Of a DNA stretch of 64,000 bases, positions 10,674 through 21,555 are shown piece by piece (the stretch's first letter is position 1; every line of letters begins with the position of its first letter). This stretch comes from an uncultured Solirubrobacterales bacterium (GTDB lineage: Bacteria > Actinomycetota > Thermoleophilia > Solirubrobacterales > Solirubrobacteraceae). A model generated the notes under the pieces. That model was not told where the DNA came from. It was given only the letters and a program-made list of their open reading frames with translations, and did not search any database. The stretch spans positions 41,341 through 105,340 of the forward strand of contig CAVOIU010000031.1 of NCBI GenBank assembly GCA_963695965.1, written 5' to 3'. The position numbers and the translations under genes were made by a program.

Positions 10674-12196
10674 CGAGTGGCGAGCACAACCTCGCGGTTC
10701 AGGCCGAGCGGTCATACGAGCACAAGGGGGACTACGAGGCGCTCCTGTTCGAGGGCACCTGGCACAGCTCGGGCGAGCTGTTCGAGCGCTCCCGCCGGCT
10801 CGGCGCCGGAATCGCTGCGCTCGGGGTCGCGCCCGGCGAGCGCGTTGTTGTCACGATCGGCAATTCTCCGGAGGTCGGGATCGCCTATCAGGGGCTGTGG
10901 CGGGCCGGCGCCGTCGTTGCGCCGGCGAACTTCCTGCTCTCGGCGGAGGACCTCCGCCACGTGATCGCCGACGCCGAGGCGTCCGCAGTGATCACATCGC
11001 CGGAGTTCGTCGACAAGGTCCGCGAGGCCACCGACGGACTCGAGCACGTCCGTCACCTGATCTCGACCGGCGAGGTGTCCGGGTTCGTGCCGGAGGCGGA
11101 GCTCGAGCGAGCCGAGCCGTCGCCGATCGTCCCACGCGCCGACGACGACCTCGCCGCGCTGCTCTACACGGGGGGCACGACCGGCCGGTCCAAGGGCGTG
11201 ATGCTGACCCACGCCAACCTCAGCTATACGGGACAGGCTGCACACGCGGCCGCCTACGTCCCGGGGATCAATCGTGGGCTCGCGACGCTCCCGCTGTCGC
11301 ACGCGTACGGCCTGCTCGTCACGATCGCCGCCCTCTACAGCCCCGAGCGCGGTGTCGGTGTGCTGCTGCGATGGTTCGATCCGGCCGTGTTCCTCGAGAT
11401 GATCGCCGAGCACCGGCTCCAGGCCGCGGCCGTCGTCCCGACGATGCTCCAGATTCTGCTCTCGCAGCCGCTCGAGGACTACGACCTGAGCTCGCTCCAG
11501 TACGTCTCTTCCGGTGGGGCGCCGCTCGCCGCCGACGTCGCCGAGCAATTCCTCAAGCGCGTGCCGTCAGCCAAGATCCGACAGGGCTACGGTCTGACCG
11601 AGACCTCGTCGCTGATCTCGACCAATCCGGTCGGCCGTGAGAGGCCGGGGTCTGTCGGCCTGCCGGTCCCGGGAACCGAGGTACGGGTTCTCGACGACGC
11701 CGGCAACGAGCTGCCAGCTGGTGAGGTGGGCGAGATCTGTGCGCGCTCTCCCGGGGTGATGCAGGGCTACTGGCACGCCCCCGAGGTGACCGCGGAGGCG
11801 TTGCGCGACGGGTGGCTGCACACGGGGGACCTCGGCTATCTGGACGAGGACGGCTACCTGTTCATCGTCGACCGCAAGAAGGACCTGATCATCCGAGGCG
11901 GGTTCAACGTCTATCCGCGCGACGTCGAGGATGCGCTGCTGGAGCATCCGGCGATCGAGAGCGCGGGCGTCGTCGGCCGGCCGGACGAGGTGTCAGGCGA
12001 GGAGGTAGTGGCGTTCGTCTCGCTGCGGCCGGGAGCCGAGATCACGGGCCCGGAGCTGGTCGACTGGGCCAGGGAGCGGATCGGCGGGTACAAGTACCCC
12101 CGCGAGGTCCACATCGTCGACGCCGTCCCGCTGACCAACGTCGGGAAGGTGGACCGCAAGGCGTTGCGCGGGCGGCTGCCGGTCAGCCGTGGTTGA
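10670..12196 (+). CDS. Long-chain acyl-CoA ligase (AMP-binding)
   Basis: [27 protein letters not shown] and GKVDRKAL. Confidence 0.92.
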
Positions 12197-12213
12197 GCGC
12201 GGGCCAGAAGTAG

Positions 12214-12285
12214 TGGCCCTGCCAGGATTCGAACCTGGGCGCGACCGGTTATGAGCCGGCTGCTCTACCACTGAGCTACAGGGCC
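12214..12285 (-). tRNA. tRNA with CAT anticodon, probably tRNA-Ile2 (lysidine)
   Basis: Reverse complement reads GGCCCTGTAGCTCAGTGGTAGAGCAGCCGGCTCATAACCGGTCGCGCCCAGGTTCGAATCCTGGCAGGGCCA. It lacks initiator features, and the GGCCC acceptor resembles Ile2. The Ile2 versus elongator Met call is inferred. Confidence 0.9.
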
Positions 12286-12368
12286 TTAGTGGCGCGACGC
12301 TACCACCGCGGCCAGTCGTCCGGACGGGCCTGGCCGGCGGGTTTTGAAGTACGCTCCAGGCACCGCAG

Positions 12369-12542
12369 ATGCTGATCGCTTCGAACATCGCGCTCGGTCA
12401 GACGCTGGCCCTGCTTGCCACCTTTGTCGTCGCCCTCGGTCTGCTCGTCAACCTGCTCGTCGTCTACATCGTCGCGCAGGTGTACGCCGAGCACAAGCAG
12501 AACCAGGAGCACGACGCGAGCGTCGATCTGGGCTTCGACTAG
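12369..12542 (+). CDS. Small single-pass membrane protein (57 aa)
   Basis: MLIASNIALGQTLALLATFVVALGLLVNLLVVYIVAQVYAEHKQNQEHDASVDLGFD*, with high-GC3 codons and TACGCT upstream. Below the ORF-track cutoff. Confidence 0.7.
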   Translation: MLIASNIALGQTLALLATFVVALGLLVNLLVVYIVAQVYAEHKQNQEHDASVDLGFD

Positions 12543-12576
12543 CGCCGCGTGAAGGAAGGCCGCGGGCAGGCGTCGA

Positions 12577-13491
12577 ATGACAGGCCTGCCGATGAAGCAA
12601 GCCGTCAGCTCGACCCGGTCGACCCCGTCGACGACCACGCGCGCCTCGAAGGCCTCGAGCGGCGAGCGCCAGGCGCTCTCGGCCTACATCCGCTCGCGCT
12701 TCGAGGACTTCTCGCGCTCGCAGAAGGACGTCGCCCAGTACATCGTCGATCATCTGGACGAGGCTGCCTTCCAGACGGCGGAGGAGCTCGCGCGGCGGGC
12801 CAACACCTCCTCGAGCACGGTTGTGCGGTTCTCCCAGGCGCTCGGCTTCGAGGGGTTCCCCGAGCTCCAGCAGGCGGCCCGGGACGAGTACCGCCGGCGC
12901 GCCCCTGACTCCAACGGCACGCTCACCGCGGCGCCGCTGTTCTCGCTCGACCAGACCGAATTCGAGGGGGCGCTCGCGGCCGACCACGTGAACGTTGAGG
13001 ACACCGCGCACAAGCTCTCACGCTCAGCGGTCGAGGCGGCGATCGACGCGATCGTCTCCGCCGAGAAGGTGCTGATCGCCGGTACCGACCAGATGGCGTT
13101 CTTCGCGAGCTACCTGCGGCACCTGCTGATGCTGCTCGACCTGCGGGCGGAGATCGTGGCCAGCCCATCGCAGGAGGCGCTCGGGCGTCTGAGCCGGATC
13201 GATGAGCAGACGCTGGTGATCGGGCTCTCCGCCGGCCGGCCGCACCCGCTGATCACGCGCACGATGAAGCTCGCCCGTCACCGCAAGGCGCCGACACTCG
13301 CGATTACCGACGCCACGCTGTCGGAGGTCGCGCGGCTCGCCCGGATCCGTCTCTACTACTCGTCCAACACCCCGGCGTTCGTGCGCTCGCACACCGCCCT
13401 GCTGTCTCTGATCCAGGCGCTCGCCTACGGCGTCTACTCGCGCGACGCCCAGCAGTACGATGTCCGGATCAAGGCCTTTCGCCTGAAGTAG
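12577..13491 (+). CDS. MurR/RpiR family transcriptional regulator
   Basis: HTH ELARRANTSSSTVVRFSQALGFEGF plus an SIS domain (LAITD). Confidence 0.92.
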   Translation: MTGLPMKQAVSSTRSTPSTTTRASKASSGERQALSAYIRSRFEDFSRSQKDVAQYIVDHLDEAAFQTAEELARRANTSSSTVVRFSQALGFEGFPELQQAARDEYRRRAPDSNGTLTAAPLFSLDQTEFEGALAADHVNVEDTAHKLSRSAVEAAIDAIVSAEKVLIAGTDQMAFFASYLRHLLMLLDLRAEIVASPSQEALGRLSRIDEQTLVIGLSAGRPHPLITRTMKLARHRKAPTLAITDATLSEVARLARIRLYYSSNTPAFVRSHTALLSLIQALAYGVYSRDAQQYDVRIKAFRLK

Positions 13492-13513
13492 CGTGCCCGG
13501 CCGGGGCCAGGGG

Positions 13514-14362
13514 TCACCGCGGGGCGACGAGCAGCGCCTGGATCGCGCGGCCTACGCGGCCGCGCTGGTCGTAGAGGGTGCTCTCGGCGATCCCGACGCC
13601 GCCGGGGACGATGATCGTGCGTGCCTCGAGGCAGATCCACTCGCCCTCCGGAACGCGGTCGGCGTACAGCGTGAGGTCCGGGTTGATGAACACGTACTCG
13701 TCCCAGGGCAGGATCGCGCTGATGCCGTTGCCGAAATCGCCGGCCGCGGCAAGACGCTGGAGCGGTGAGGGCTCCTCGCCAGCGACGACCGGGACGCGGA
13801 GGCGAAACCACGCGGTCGACGGACCGTCTCCGAAGATCCCCGACACGAACCGGATCTCGATCGCATCGGGCGCGAACAGCGGCCTGTGCGGAGGCTTGAA
13901 ACCGCCCTCTCCGGGTTGGTGCTCGCGGCCGTGATCGGGGCCGGGGGGTGGTGGGTCGGGCGCGTGGCTGACGCTCGCCTCGGCGCGCCGTACGCGTAGC
14001 GCACGGGCGCGCACCACCTCGGTGCCATCCGGCGTCGAGATCGAGCCCTCCAGCAGCTGCACCCGCCGCCCCGCGCGCACGACCTCGGCCCTCGCCGCGA
14101 GCTCTCCCAGCGGGGCCGGGCGCAGCAGCTCGTAGGTCACCCGGGCGATCGGCAGCTCCTCGTCGGCGGGCAGCCGCTCGAAGGCGCGCATCAGCAACGC
14201 GGCGGGCGCGCCGCCGTGCTGGGCGTTCGGATCCCAGGGACCGCGGGCCAGTTCCGATGCGATGAAACGGCCATCTGCCTGCTCCTCGAACAGAGCGTCA
14301 GAGGCCTCCGCTCGGCGTCCTGCTTCGCCGTCCCCGACCGCTCTGGCGTCATCCGGTTCCAT
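13514..14362 (-). CDS. Thioesterase family (double hotdog) protein
   Basis: [21 protein letters not shown] and FINPDLT. Confidence 0.88.
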   Translation of the reverse strand: MEPDDARAVGDGEAGRRAEASDALFEEQADGRFIASELARGPWDPNAQHGGAPAALLMRAFERLPADEELPIARVTYELLRPAPLGELAARAEVVRAGRRVQLLEGSISTPDGTEVVRARALRVRRAEASVSHAPDPPPPGPDHGREHQPGEGGFKPPHRPLFAPDAIEIRFVSGIFGDGPSTAWFRLRVPVVAGEEPSPLQRLAAAGDFGNGISAILPWDEYVFINPDLTLYADRVPEGEWICLEARTIIVPGGVGIAESTLYDQRGRVGRAIQALLVAPR

Positions 14363-14398
14363 TCCCGGGCAGGCTACTGCGGGCTACACTCAGAGCCG

Positions 14399-15304
14399 AT
14401 GAGCAGCGATTCTCAGACTCCCCGTGACGAGGCCACCTTCACCGTAAAGGCCGGCCTGGCGGAGATGCTCAAGGGCGGTGTGATCATGGACGTGGTCACA
14501 GCCGAGCAGGCCAAGATCGCCGAGGACGCGGGGGCCGCCGCCGTAATGGCCCTGGAGCGCGTCCCGGCGGACATCCGCCGCGACGGTGGGGTCGCGCGGA
14601 TGTCCGACCCCACGATGATCGGCTCGATCCAGGAGGCGGTCACGATCCCGGTGATGGCGAAGGCCCGGATCGGTCATTTCGCCGAGGCCCAGGTGCTCGA
14701 AGCGCTCGAGGTCGACTACATCGACGAGTCCGAGGTGCTGACACCGGCAGACGAGGCCAACCACATCGACAAGTGGGCGTTCAAGGTGCCGTTCGTATGC
14801 GGCGCGACCAACCTCGGCGAGGCGCTCAGACGGCTCGGCGAGGGGGCCGCGATGATCCGCTCCAAGGGCGAGGCCGGGACCGGCGACATCGTCGAGGCGG
14901 TCAGGCACCTGCGGATGATCCGCTCCGAGATCCGCAGGCTGTCGACGCTCGACGACGACGAGCTCCCGACCGCGGCCAAGGAGCTTCAGTCGCCGCTGCC
15001 CCTGGTGCGCCGGGTCGCGGCGGACGGGCGCCTCCCGGTGGTGCTGTTCTGCGCCGGAGGGATCGCAACCCCCGCGGACGCCTCGCTGGTGATGCAGCTC
15101 GGCGCCGAGGGCGTGTTCGTCGGCTCGGGGATCTTCAAGTCAGAGGACCCGGAACGCCGCGCCCGCGCGATCGTCGAGGCCACGACTCATTTCCGTGACC
15201 CCGCCCGCGTCGCCGCCGCTTCCACGGGCCTCGGCCAGCCGATGGTCAGCCTCGAGACCTCCAAGCTCGAGACGGAACAGCTGCTGGCGCCTCGCGGCTG
15301 GTAG
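14399..15304 (+). CDS. pdxS: Pyridoxal 5'-phosphate synthase lyase subunit
   Basis: [22 protein letters not shown] and GGIATPADA. Confidence 0.97.
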   Translation: MSSDSQTPRDEATFTVKAGLAEMLKGGVIMDVVTAEQAKIAEDAGAAAVMALERVPADIRRDGGVARMSDPTMIGSIQEAVTIPVMAKARIGHFAEAQVLEALEVDYIDESEVLTPADEANHIDKWAFKVPFVCGATNLGEALRRLGEGAAMIRSKGEAGTGDIVEAVRHLRMIRSEIRRLSTLDDDELPTAAKELQSPLPLVRRVAADGRLPVVLFCAGGIATPADASLVMQLGAEGVFVGSGIFKSEDPERRARAIVEATTHFRDPARVAAASTGLGQPMVSLETSKLETEQLLAPRGW

Positions 15305-15306
15305 CC

Positions 15307-15878
15307 GTGGAGCGCACGGTCGGGATCCTCGCCCTCCAGGGCGACTTCCAGGCGCACGCACAGCTCCTCCGCGCGGTCGGCGCCGTTGCGGTCGAGGTTC
15401 GGGTCCCTGAGGATCTGGAGGGCCTGGAAGCCCTGGTGATCCCTGGAGGGGAGTCGACCGTGATGACGCTCGGGATCGAGCGGGAGGGGCTCGCCGAACC
15501 GCTGCGGCGGCTGGTCGCCCGGGGACGCCGGTCCTCGGAACGTGCGCGGGAATGATCATGCTCGACCGCGACCACCTGGGTCTGCTTGACATCTCGACCC
15601 GCCGAAACGCGTTCGGCAGGCAGCTCCGGTCCTTCGAGGCCGACGTCGAGGTGGACGGGGTGGACGGCGGGCCGATGCACGCGGTCTTCATCCGCGCTCC
15701 CTGGGTCAGCGAGCATGGCGACGCCGTCGAGGTGCTCGGCCGGGTAGACGATCATCCGGTCGCGATCCGGCAGGGAAACGTGGTGGCGGTCTCATTTCAC
15801 CCGGAGCTCGGGGGGGACGCCCGCCTGCACGAGCTACTGCTCGCGATGAACGGGGCAGGCGGCTCGCGCCGCGCCTAG
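15307..15878 (+). CDS. pdxT: PLP synthase glutaminase subunit (frameshift near 15525)
   Basis: GILALQGDF and IPGGEST in one frame, then GTCAG, RNAFGRQ, AVFIRAP and FHPEL in the next. Confidence 0.93.
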
Positions 15879-16279
15879 CGCAGGCGCGTCGGCTCGCGCC
15901 GGCGGTCGTATGCCCGGAAGTCGCGCTCGAATGCGGCCCAGTCGAACCGCGGAGCGCCGTCGGGATCAGGCGGCGGCTGCTCGTCAGCCGGCTGATCGCC
16001 GGGCGGGGGGCCTCCCGAGTCGGTGCCGCGGAGAGCCACGCGGCCAGCGCCGAGACCGCGATCCCGGTGGCGTACAGGACCGCTGCGAGCACGCCTCGAT
16101 GGCTCAGCGAGGCGACCATCCCGACCGCGTACAACACCGAGCGCGGCGAATACCAGCCTTCGCAGGTCGCCACTGGGGAAGGACCGCCGCGGCGCCTTCG
16201 CATAGGCGCTGGCGATGATCGCGGCGCCGAGTGCCACCGCGAGCACCAGCTTCCAAGCGAATGAAGGTGACAACACCAT
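15875..16279 (-). CDS. Hypothetical membrane protein (compensating frameshifts at about 16040-16140)
   Basis: Hydrophobic helices, a Pro-rich linker and a C-terminal FDWAAFERDFRAY. Confidence 0.6.
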   Translation of the reverse strand: MVLSPSFAWKLVLAVALGAAIIASAYAKAPRRSFPSGDLRRLVFAALGVVRGRDGRLAEPSRRARSGPVRHRDRGLGAGRVALRGTDSGGPPPGDQPADEQPPPDPDGAPRFDWAAFERDFRAYDRRREPTRLR

Positions 16280-16383
16280 TACCCCTATCCCGATAATCGA
16301 CCGCCGAGCGCTGAAAATCAACCCCCCGGCCTGAGCGAGTTGAGGGCGATTTGTTTCGCTGGGCGAAACAAATCTCCCAGCCG

Positions 16384-17967
16384 CTACACGACGAGCCCAT
16401 GGCGCATCGTGTTCTCGGTGAACGCCCGGGGCTCGACGAACCCGAGCAGATAGCCGGGCCCGCCGGCCTTCAGGCCGTTTCCCGACAGGCGATTTCCCCC
16501 GAACGGCTGGCGGCCCACCTTGGCGCCGGTGATGCCACGGTTGACGTAGAGGTTCCCCACCGGGGTGCGGTCGCGGACGTAGCGGACGGTCGCCGGATCG
16601 CGTGCGAACAGGCCCCCGGTCAGCGCGTACGGCAGCGCCTCGACGATCTCCATCGCGTGCTCGACGTCGCGCACGCGCTCGATCGTCAACAGCGGCCCGA
16701 AAACCTCCTCGGCCAGCACCGCCGAGTCCGGCGGGAGGTCCACCGCGATCGTCGGGGGGCAGAACCAGCCCCGGTCGGGGACATTCTCGGTGCGCGCCAC
16801 GATCGTCCCCTGCGCGGCGGCAAGCGCCGCGTAGCGCTCGATGCGCTCCTGGGCCGACCGCTCGATCACCGGCGGCACCTCGGTCCCGAGCTGCTCGGCC
16901 TGGCCGACGACGAGCACGCCGGCGGCACCGGCCAACCGCTCGATCAGCCTGTCGGCGACGGCCTCGTGCACGAGCACCCGGGAGGCCGCCGAGCACTTCT
17001 GCCCGCCGTACGCGAACGCCGAGGACACGATCCCGGGGACGGCCTCGTCCTGGTCGGCATCGGCGTCGACGATCACGCAGTTCTTACCCCCCAGCTCCGC
17101 GATCACCCGCTTGATCGCCCGTTGCCCGGGCACGACATCGGCGGCGCCTCGGATGATCTCAAGGCCCACCTGCAGTGAGCCGGTGAACGCGATCGTCTCC
17201 ACGCCCGGATGTCGAACGAGCGCGGCGCCGGCGTCGCCCTCCCCGGGCAGCAGGGAGATCGCGGACGGCGGGACCCCTCCCGCCCGGAGCGCCTGGACGA
17301 TCCGCAGGCCACACCCGGGCGACTGCTCCGCGGGCTTGAGCACGACGGCGTTGCCGGTCGCCAGCGCCGCGGCGGTCATCCCGCACGGGATCGCGATCGG
17401 GAAGTTCCACGGGGAGATGACGGCCGCCACGCCCCGCGGCCGGTAGCGCAGCTCGTTGCGCTCGCCGGGAACCTGGAGCAGCGCCGGTCCCGCGTCGAGC
17501 TCGATCGCCGCCCGCGCGTAGTACTCGAGGAAGTCGATCGCCTCGCATACGTCGGCGTCGGCCTCGGGCCAGGGCTTGGCACACTCGCGGACCTCGAGCG
17601 CCGCCAGCTGCAGCCGCCGCTCTCGCATCCAGGCCGCGGCCCGGGTGAGCGCCGCGGCCCGCTCGCGGACCCCGGTCGTGCTCCATGTGCCGAAGCCCCG
17701 ACGTGCCTCCTCCACGGCGGCGCCGGCCTCGTGCTCACGGCCCGACGCCGCCAGCGCCACCGCGCGCTCGGGCTCGCCGGGGTCTGTGGAGACGAGCTCG
17801 TCGGCTCGTCGTTCCGAGGCGCCGATCATCACCGGCACGCTCAGTGGCAGCTCTCCGTCGAGCCCGGCAAGGGCGCCGGCGAGCTGAGCGCGGACCGTCG
17901 CACGGCGGAGCTCCAGCACCGGCTCGTTGGCGAACGTAGGCAGCGCTGAGGCGTCCGGCGTGCTCAT
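16384..17967 (-). CDS. 1-pyrroline-5-carboxylate dehydrogenase (PutA C-terminal half)
   Basis: FANEP, ISPWNFP, FTGS, ELGGKN, GQKCSA and GRQPFGG. Confidence 0.93.
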   Translation of the reverse strand: MSTPDASALPTFANEPVLELRRATVRAQLAGALAGLDGELPLSVPVMIGASERRADELVSTDPGEPERAVALAASGREHEAGAAVEEARRGFGTWSTTGVRERAAALTRAAAWMRERRLQLAALEVRECAKPWPEADADVCEAIDFLEYYARAAIELDAGPALLQVPGERNELRYRPRGVAAVISPWNFPIAIPCGMTAAALATGNAVVLKPAEQSPGCGLRIVQALRAGGVPPSAISLLPGEGDAGAALVRHPGVETIAFTGSLQVGLEIIRGAADVVPGQRAIKRVIAELGGKNCVIVDADADQDEAVPGIVSSAFAYGGQKCSAASRVLVHEAVADRLIERLAGAAGVLVVGQAEQLGTEVPPVIERSAQERIERYAALAAAQGTIVARTENVPDRGWFCPPTIAVDLPPDSAVLAEEVFGPLLTIERVRDVEHAMEIVEALPYALTGGLFARDPATVRYVRDRTPVGNLYVNRGITGAKVGRQPFGGNRLSGNGLKAGGPGYLLGFVEPRAFTENTMRHGLVV

Positions 17968-19296
17968 GGCGCGGCGAGCAGCTCCGCGAGCGCCGTGCCG
18001 CTGGCCTGCTCATATAAGAACGACTCGTTGCTCGTGTTCTCCAGCAGGCGCCTGACCAGGTAGGCCATCCCCGCCACCAGGTCGCCGACAGGGCAGTACG
18101 TGCGCACCCGGAAGCCACCGGCGGCGAGCGCGTCCTGGAGCTCGTCGCCGAGGCCCCGGAGCACCTGGATCTCGAGGTCCCGGTCCTCGCCACCGGAGAG
18201 GCGGTTGTAGGCGATCGCGTGGGAGACCGAGCGGAGGTTGTGGGAAGCGACCGCCACCCGGACCGCCGGACGGGCGTCGAGGAGTGCCCGCGTGAGCGCC
18301 TCGAAGTTTCGGTCGCAATCCGCCTTGACCTCGAACACCGGCGCCGGCCATCCCTGCTGGCGTGCCTCGACGAGCTCATGGTCCCAGTAGGCCCCCTTGA
18401 CCAGCCGCACCTGCAGAGGCGCCTGGCGGCGACCCGCGGGCCCAGTCGAGGATCGTCTCGAGCTGCTCCCCGGAATCGCGCAGATACGCCTGCAGGACGA
18501 CGCCGGCCGAGGGCCCGGGCGCGAACTCCTCCTCGGCGAGCAGATCGAGCACCAGCTTGAGCACGGCCTCCCGCGAGTCGAGCGACTCCATGTCGATGTG
18601 GATGTGGGCGCCCGACTCGCGCGCCCGGCGCAGCAGCGGCCGGAGCCGCGCCGCCGCGTCGCGCTCCCCGAGCTCGGGGGCGTCCGGTCGCAGCAGCGGT
18701 GTCAGCGCCGAGACCTTGACAGACACGTTCGCTCGCGCCACCGGCCCGCTTCCGTCCTGTTCGAGCAGGGGGCTTCCGGGCCAGCCGCGGGCGTGTCGGA
18801 CGAGCTCGTCGATCGCCTCGCGGCACCGCTCGGCGTAACCATCGGCCTCGCGCTCGGTGACGGTCGCCTCGCCGAGCAGGTCGACGGTGCTGGCCACGCC
18901 GTGCTCCCACAACGTCCGCAGCACCCGCTCGGCCGCTGCCGGCGTCTCGCCGACGATGAACCGGTGGGCCATGTGCTTGACCCCGGCGGCGGCCGCAGCT
19001 CCGACCGCGGAGCGGGCGGCGCGGACGTCGGTGATCCGCATCGCCGCTGCAAGTGAGGGCGGGGTCTCCGGGAGCTCCATGAGGAAGCCGCGGAGATGCC
19101 GGGCGACGTCCTCCAGCGAGCGGCATGCCGGGACCACGTCGACGAACCTGAACAACGCCGCCCGAAGCTCGCGATCGCGGGACGCCAGGTCCATCGCCCG
19201 GGCGTCGAGCGCCCGCATCGGATGCCGGACGCTCGCGGGGAAGGCGCCGGACAGCTGCTCGCCCGTACGGCGAATCTCGAGCTCGAGGTCAGCCAC
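17964..19296 (-). CDS. Proline dehydrogenase (PutA N-terminal half; frameshift near 18420)
   Basis: LFRFVDV, IDMES, LQAYLRD, RLVKGAYWD, ASHNLRS and AYLVRRLLEN. Confidence 0.9.
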
Positions 19297-20131
19297 CGGC
19301 TCCGCGCCACCGTGGGGCGGTGCTCTCGATCGCCTCCCATGTCATCCCGGCCTTCCGCCGCTCCTCATCGACGGCACCACCACCTCGAAGCCCGAACAGC
19401 CGCTTGTCCAGCAACAGGTAGATCACGATCGCGAGATTGATCACGAAGCCGATCACCTTCAGCACCGACACACGATGCACGATCTCATACACCTCGAGCG
19501 GCAGCAGGATCGAGGTCGCGACGAACGTGAGGTACTCGGCCCAGCGCTTGCCGAGCCACAGCCCGACGGACTCCGTTCCCTCGAGCACCGCGTACACGAG
19601 CAGGGCGATTCCGACGACGTACAGCGTGTGGGCCTTCAGCGAGAACAGCTTGTCGAGCTCGCCGAGGATCCCCACGTGGCCGGTGGTCTGCACCGGGCCG
19701 CCGGCGACGCCTCCCTGTAGCGCCGTGAGCACCCGCTCGAAGTCGCCCCGCGCGGCCTTCTCGTTGGCGGCGAGGATCAGGACCACCACGCCGAGCAGCG
19801 ACAGGATGAGGAAGTGGAAGGCGCGATCGACCGAGATCAGCCGCAGAACGATCCTGTCTCGCAGCGCCTGGCCGCGGACGGGAATCTCGATCTGATCCCG
19901 GTCGGGCGGGTGCCGGCGCGCCGGCACAGTCGGCGGGGGAAGCGGGATCCAGGCGTCGCAGCGCAGGCACCGGTACCAGCGGACACCGTCGTATTCGCGC
20001 GCGATGACGGCGTCCTCGGGGCGGATCTCGGCGGCATCCGTTCCGAGGAGCGCGTGGCCCCGCCAGCCGCAGACGACGAGCTCCCAGCCGACCCGCCGCC
20101 GGATGCGGGGGCCGGGAAGGCTCGGGCTCAC
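19289..20131 (-). CDS. DUF2127-like membrane protein with N-terminal Cys/His motif
   Basis: CGWRGH...RCLRC, then ESVGLWLGKRWAEYLTFVATSILLPLEVYE. Confidence 0.8.
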   Translation of the reverse strand: MSPSLPGPRIRRRVGWELVVCGWRGHALLGTDAAEIRPEDAVIAREYDGVRWYRCLRCDAWIPLPPPTVPARRHPPDRDQIEIPVRGQALRDRIVLRLISVDRAFHFLILSLLGVVVLILAANEKAARGDFERVLTALQGGVAGGPVQTTGHVGILGELDKLFSLKAHTLYVVGIALLVYAVLEGTESVGLWLGKRWAEYLTFVATSILLPLEVYEIVHRVSVLKVIGFVINLAIVIYLLLDKRLFGLRGGGAVDEERRKAGMTWEAIESTAPRWRGAGG

Positions 20132-20838
20132 GAGACGATGCCGACGGCGCGCGAGATCACAAGGATCACGATCACCAGCGAGACCATCGCCTGGCCGGTC
20201 ATCAACCATTTCGCGGTCGCCGTCAGCGGCATCGTGTCCGTCGGGCTGAACGCCGTCGCGTTCGTGAACGACAGATACAGGTAGTCCGTGAGGCCGGGCT
20301 TCCAGTCCGGCGGGACGAGCGGCTTCGCGTCCTCGGTCATCTGCATGAACATGAAGTCTGGGTAGTAGCTCTCGCCGAGCATCCGCGCGACCGGGCCGCC
20401 GCGATCGACCTCGTAGTACCACAGCGCGAACAGCAGCACGTTCGTTCCCCACAGCGCGACCCCCGAAAACATCAGCGCGGGTCCGTTCTTGGGATGGCCG
20501 TGGAGCAGGTAGTGGGCCAGCAGGAACAGGGAGACGACGTTGACGGCGCTGACGAGGGCGATGAGCCCGATCGCAACGCGCCTGCGTAGCGGCGAGCGGC
20601 GGACGTCCTCGCGCGGCGAGTAGAAGATCAGCCCTACCAGCAGCAGCGCCTCGACGCTCGGAAGCACCCAGCTGGGGCCGAGCGTCAGCTTCTGCGGGAG
20701 CGCGAGATCCAGCACCAGCGCCGCCGCCACGAGCAGCTGCGGACCCCAGAACGGGGACCAGCGGTCGAGCCCCGCGACGACAGGCGCGACCATCGAGCGG
20801 CGCGGGCGTAGCTGGCGTATCGGCGGCAACGGACTCAT
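20128..20838 (-). CDS. DUF1345-like membrane protein
   Basis: WYYEVDRGGP and DYLYLSFTNATAFSPTDTMPLT (channel-pore-like segment). Confidence 0.8.
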   Translation of the reverse strand: MSPLPPIRQLRPRRSMVAPVVAGLDRWSPFWGPQLLVAAALVLDLALPQKLTLGPSWVLPSVEALLLVGLIFYSPREDVRRSPLRRRVAIGLIALVSAVNVVSLFLLAHYLLHGHPKNGPALMFSGVALWGTNVLLFALWYYEVDRGGPVARMLGESYYPDFMFMQMTEDAKPLVPPDWKPGLTDYLYLSFTNATAFSPTDTMPLTATAKWLMTGQAMVSLVIVILVISRAVGIVS

Positions 20839-20915
20839 CCGCGGCAGATACTGGCACGCGGCCTTGACGGCGAAACCGGGGAGGATGTGGACGTGCAGTT
20901 CACGAAACCCTCCAC

Positions 20916-21545
20916 ATGCCACGACGGACGATCCCGCGCGCGCTGCTCCTCGGTGCGAGCGCCGCCCTCCTCCTGGCCGCCTGCGGCGGCTCGAACAGCT
21001 CGACACATGCTGCTGCGACGGGCGCCACGACGACCGTCACGGTGACGACCCGCGCGCCGACCACGTCGACCACCCAGACTTCCCAGACGACGACGACGCC
21101 CGCCGGCCCGCCGATTTGCCGCGCAGCGACGCTGGCGCTGTCGTTCCTCGGCAGCCAGGGCGCCGCCGGTCACGGCTTGCTCGGGTTCGCGCTCAAGAAC
21201 ACCGGCACCGCGACGTGCAGCACGGTCGGCTATCCGGGAATCCAGTTCCTCGACAGCGCCGGCAAGCCGCTGCCCACGAATTCAACGCGCACGACGAATG
21301 ACTACTTCGGACCGGCGCCGGTGGTTGCCTTGACGGTGGCGCCAGGCGGGACCGTGTCATTCCGGGTCGGCGTCACCCACGTTCCCGTGGGCAACACCCC
21401 CTGCACCGCGGCCGCCGCGCTCCAGGTGATCGCTCCCAACGACACGGCCACGCTCAGGATCACGATCCCGAGCGGGTTCTACGAGTGCCAGACAGCGACC
21501 GTGTCCCCGATGCGACCCGGCACCTCGGCTTATCCGAGCGCGTAG
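20916..21545 (+). CDS. DUF4232-like lipoprotein
   Basis: LLAAC lipobox, a Thr-rich linker, then C...GAAG...NTGTATC..GYPG. Confidence 0.82.
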   Translation: MPRRTIPRALLLGASAALLLAACGGSNSSTHAAATGATTTVTVTTRAPTTSTTQTSQTTTTPAGPPICRAATLALSFLGSQGAAGHGLLGFALKNTGTATCSTVGYPGIQFLDSAGKPLPTNSTRTTNDYFGPAPVVALTVAPGGTVSFRVGVTHVPVGNTPCTAAAALQVIAPNDTATLRITIPSGFYECQTATVSPMRPGTSAYPSA

Positions 21546-21555
21546 GGCGGCGGAG

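Noticed and set aside
15500-15560. Programmed frameshift in pdxT (also considered for recJ and msrA)
   Set aside because: There is no slippery heptamer, and indels are widespread in the window, so assembly error is the simpler explanation.
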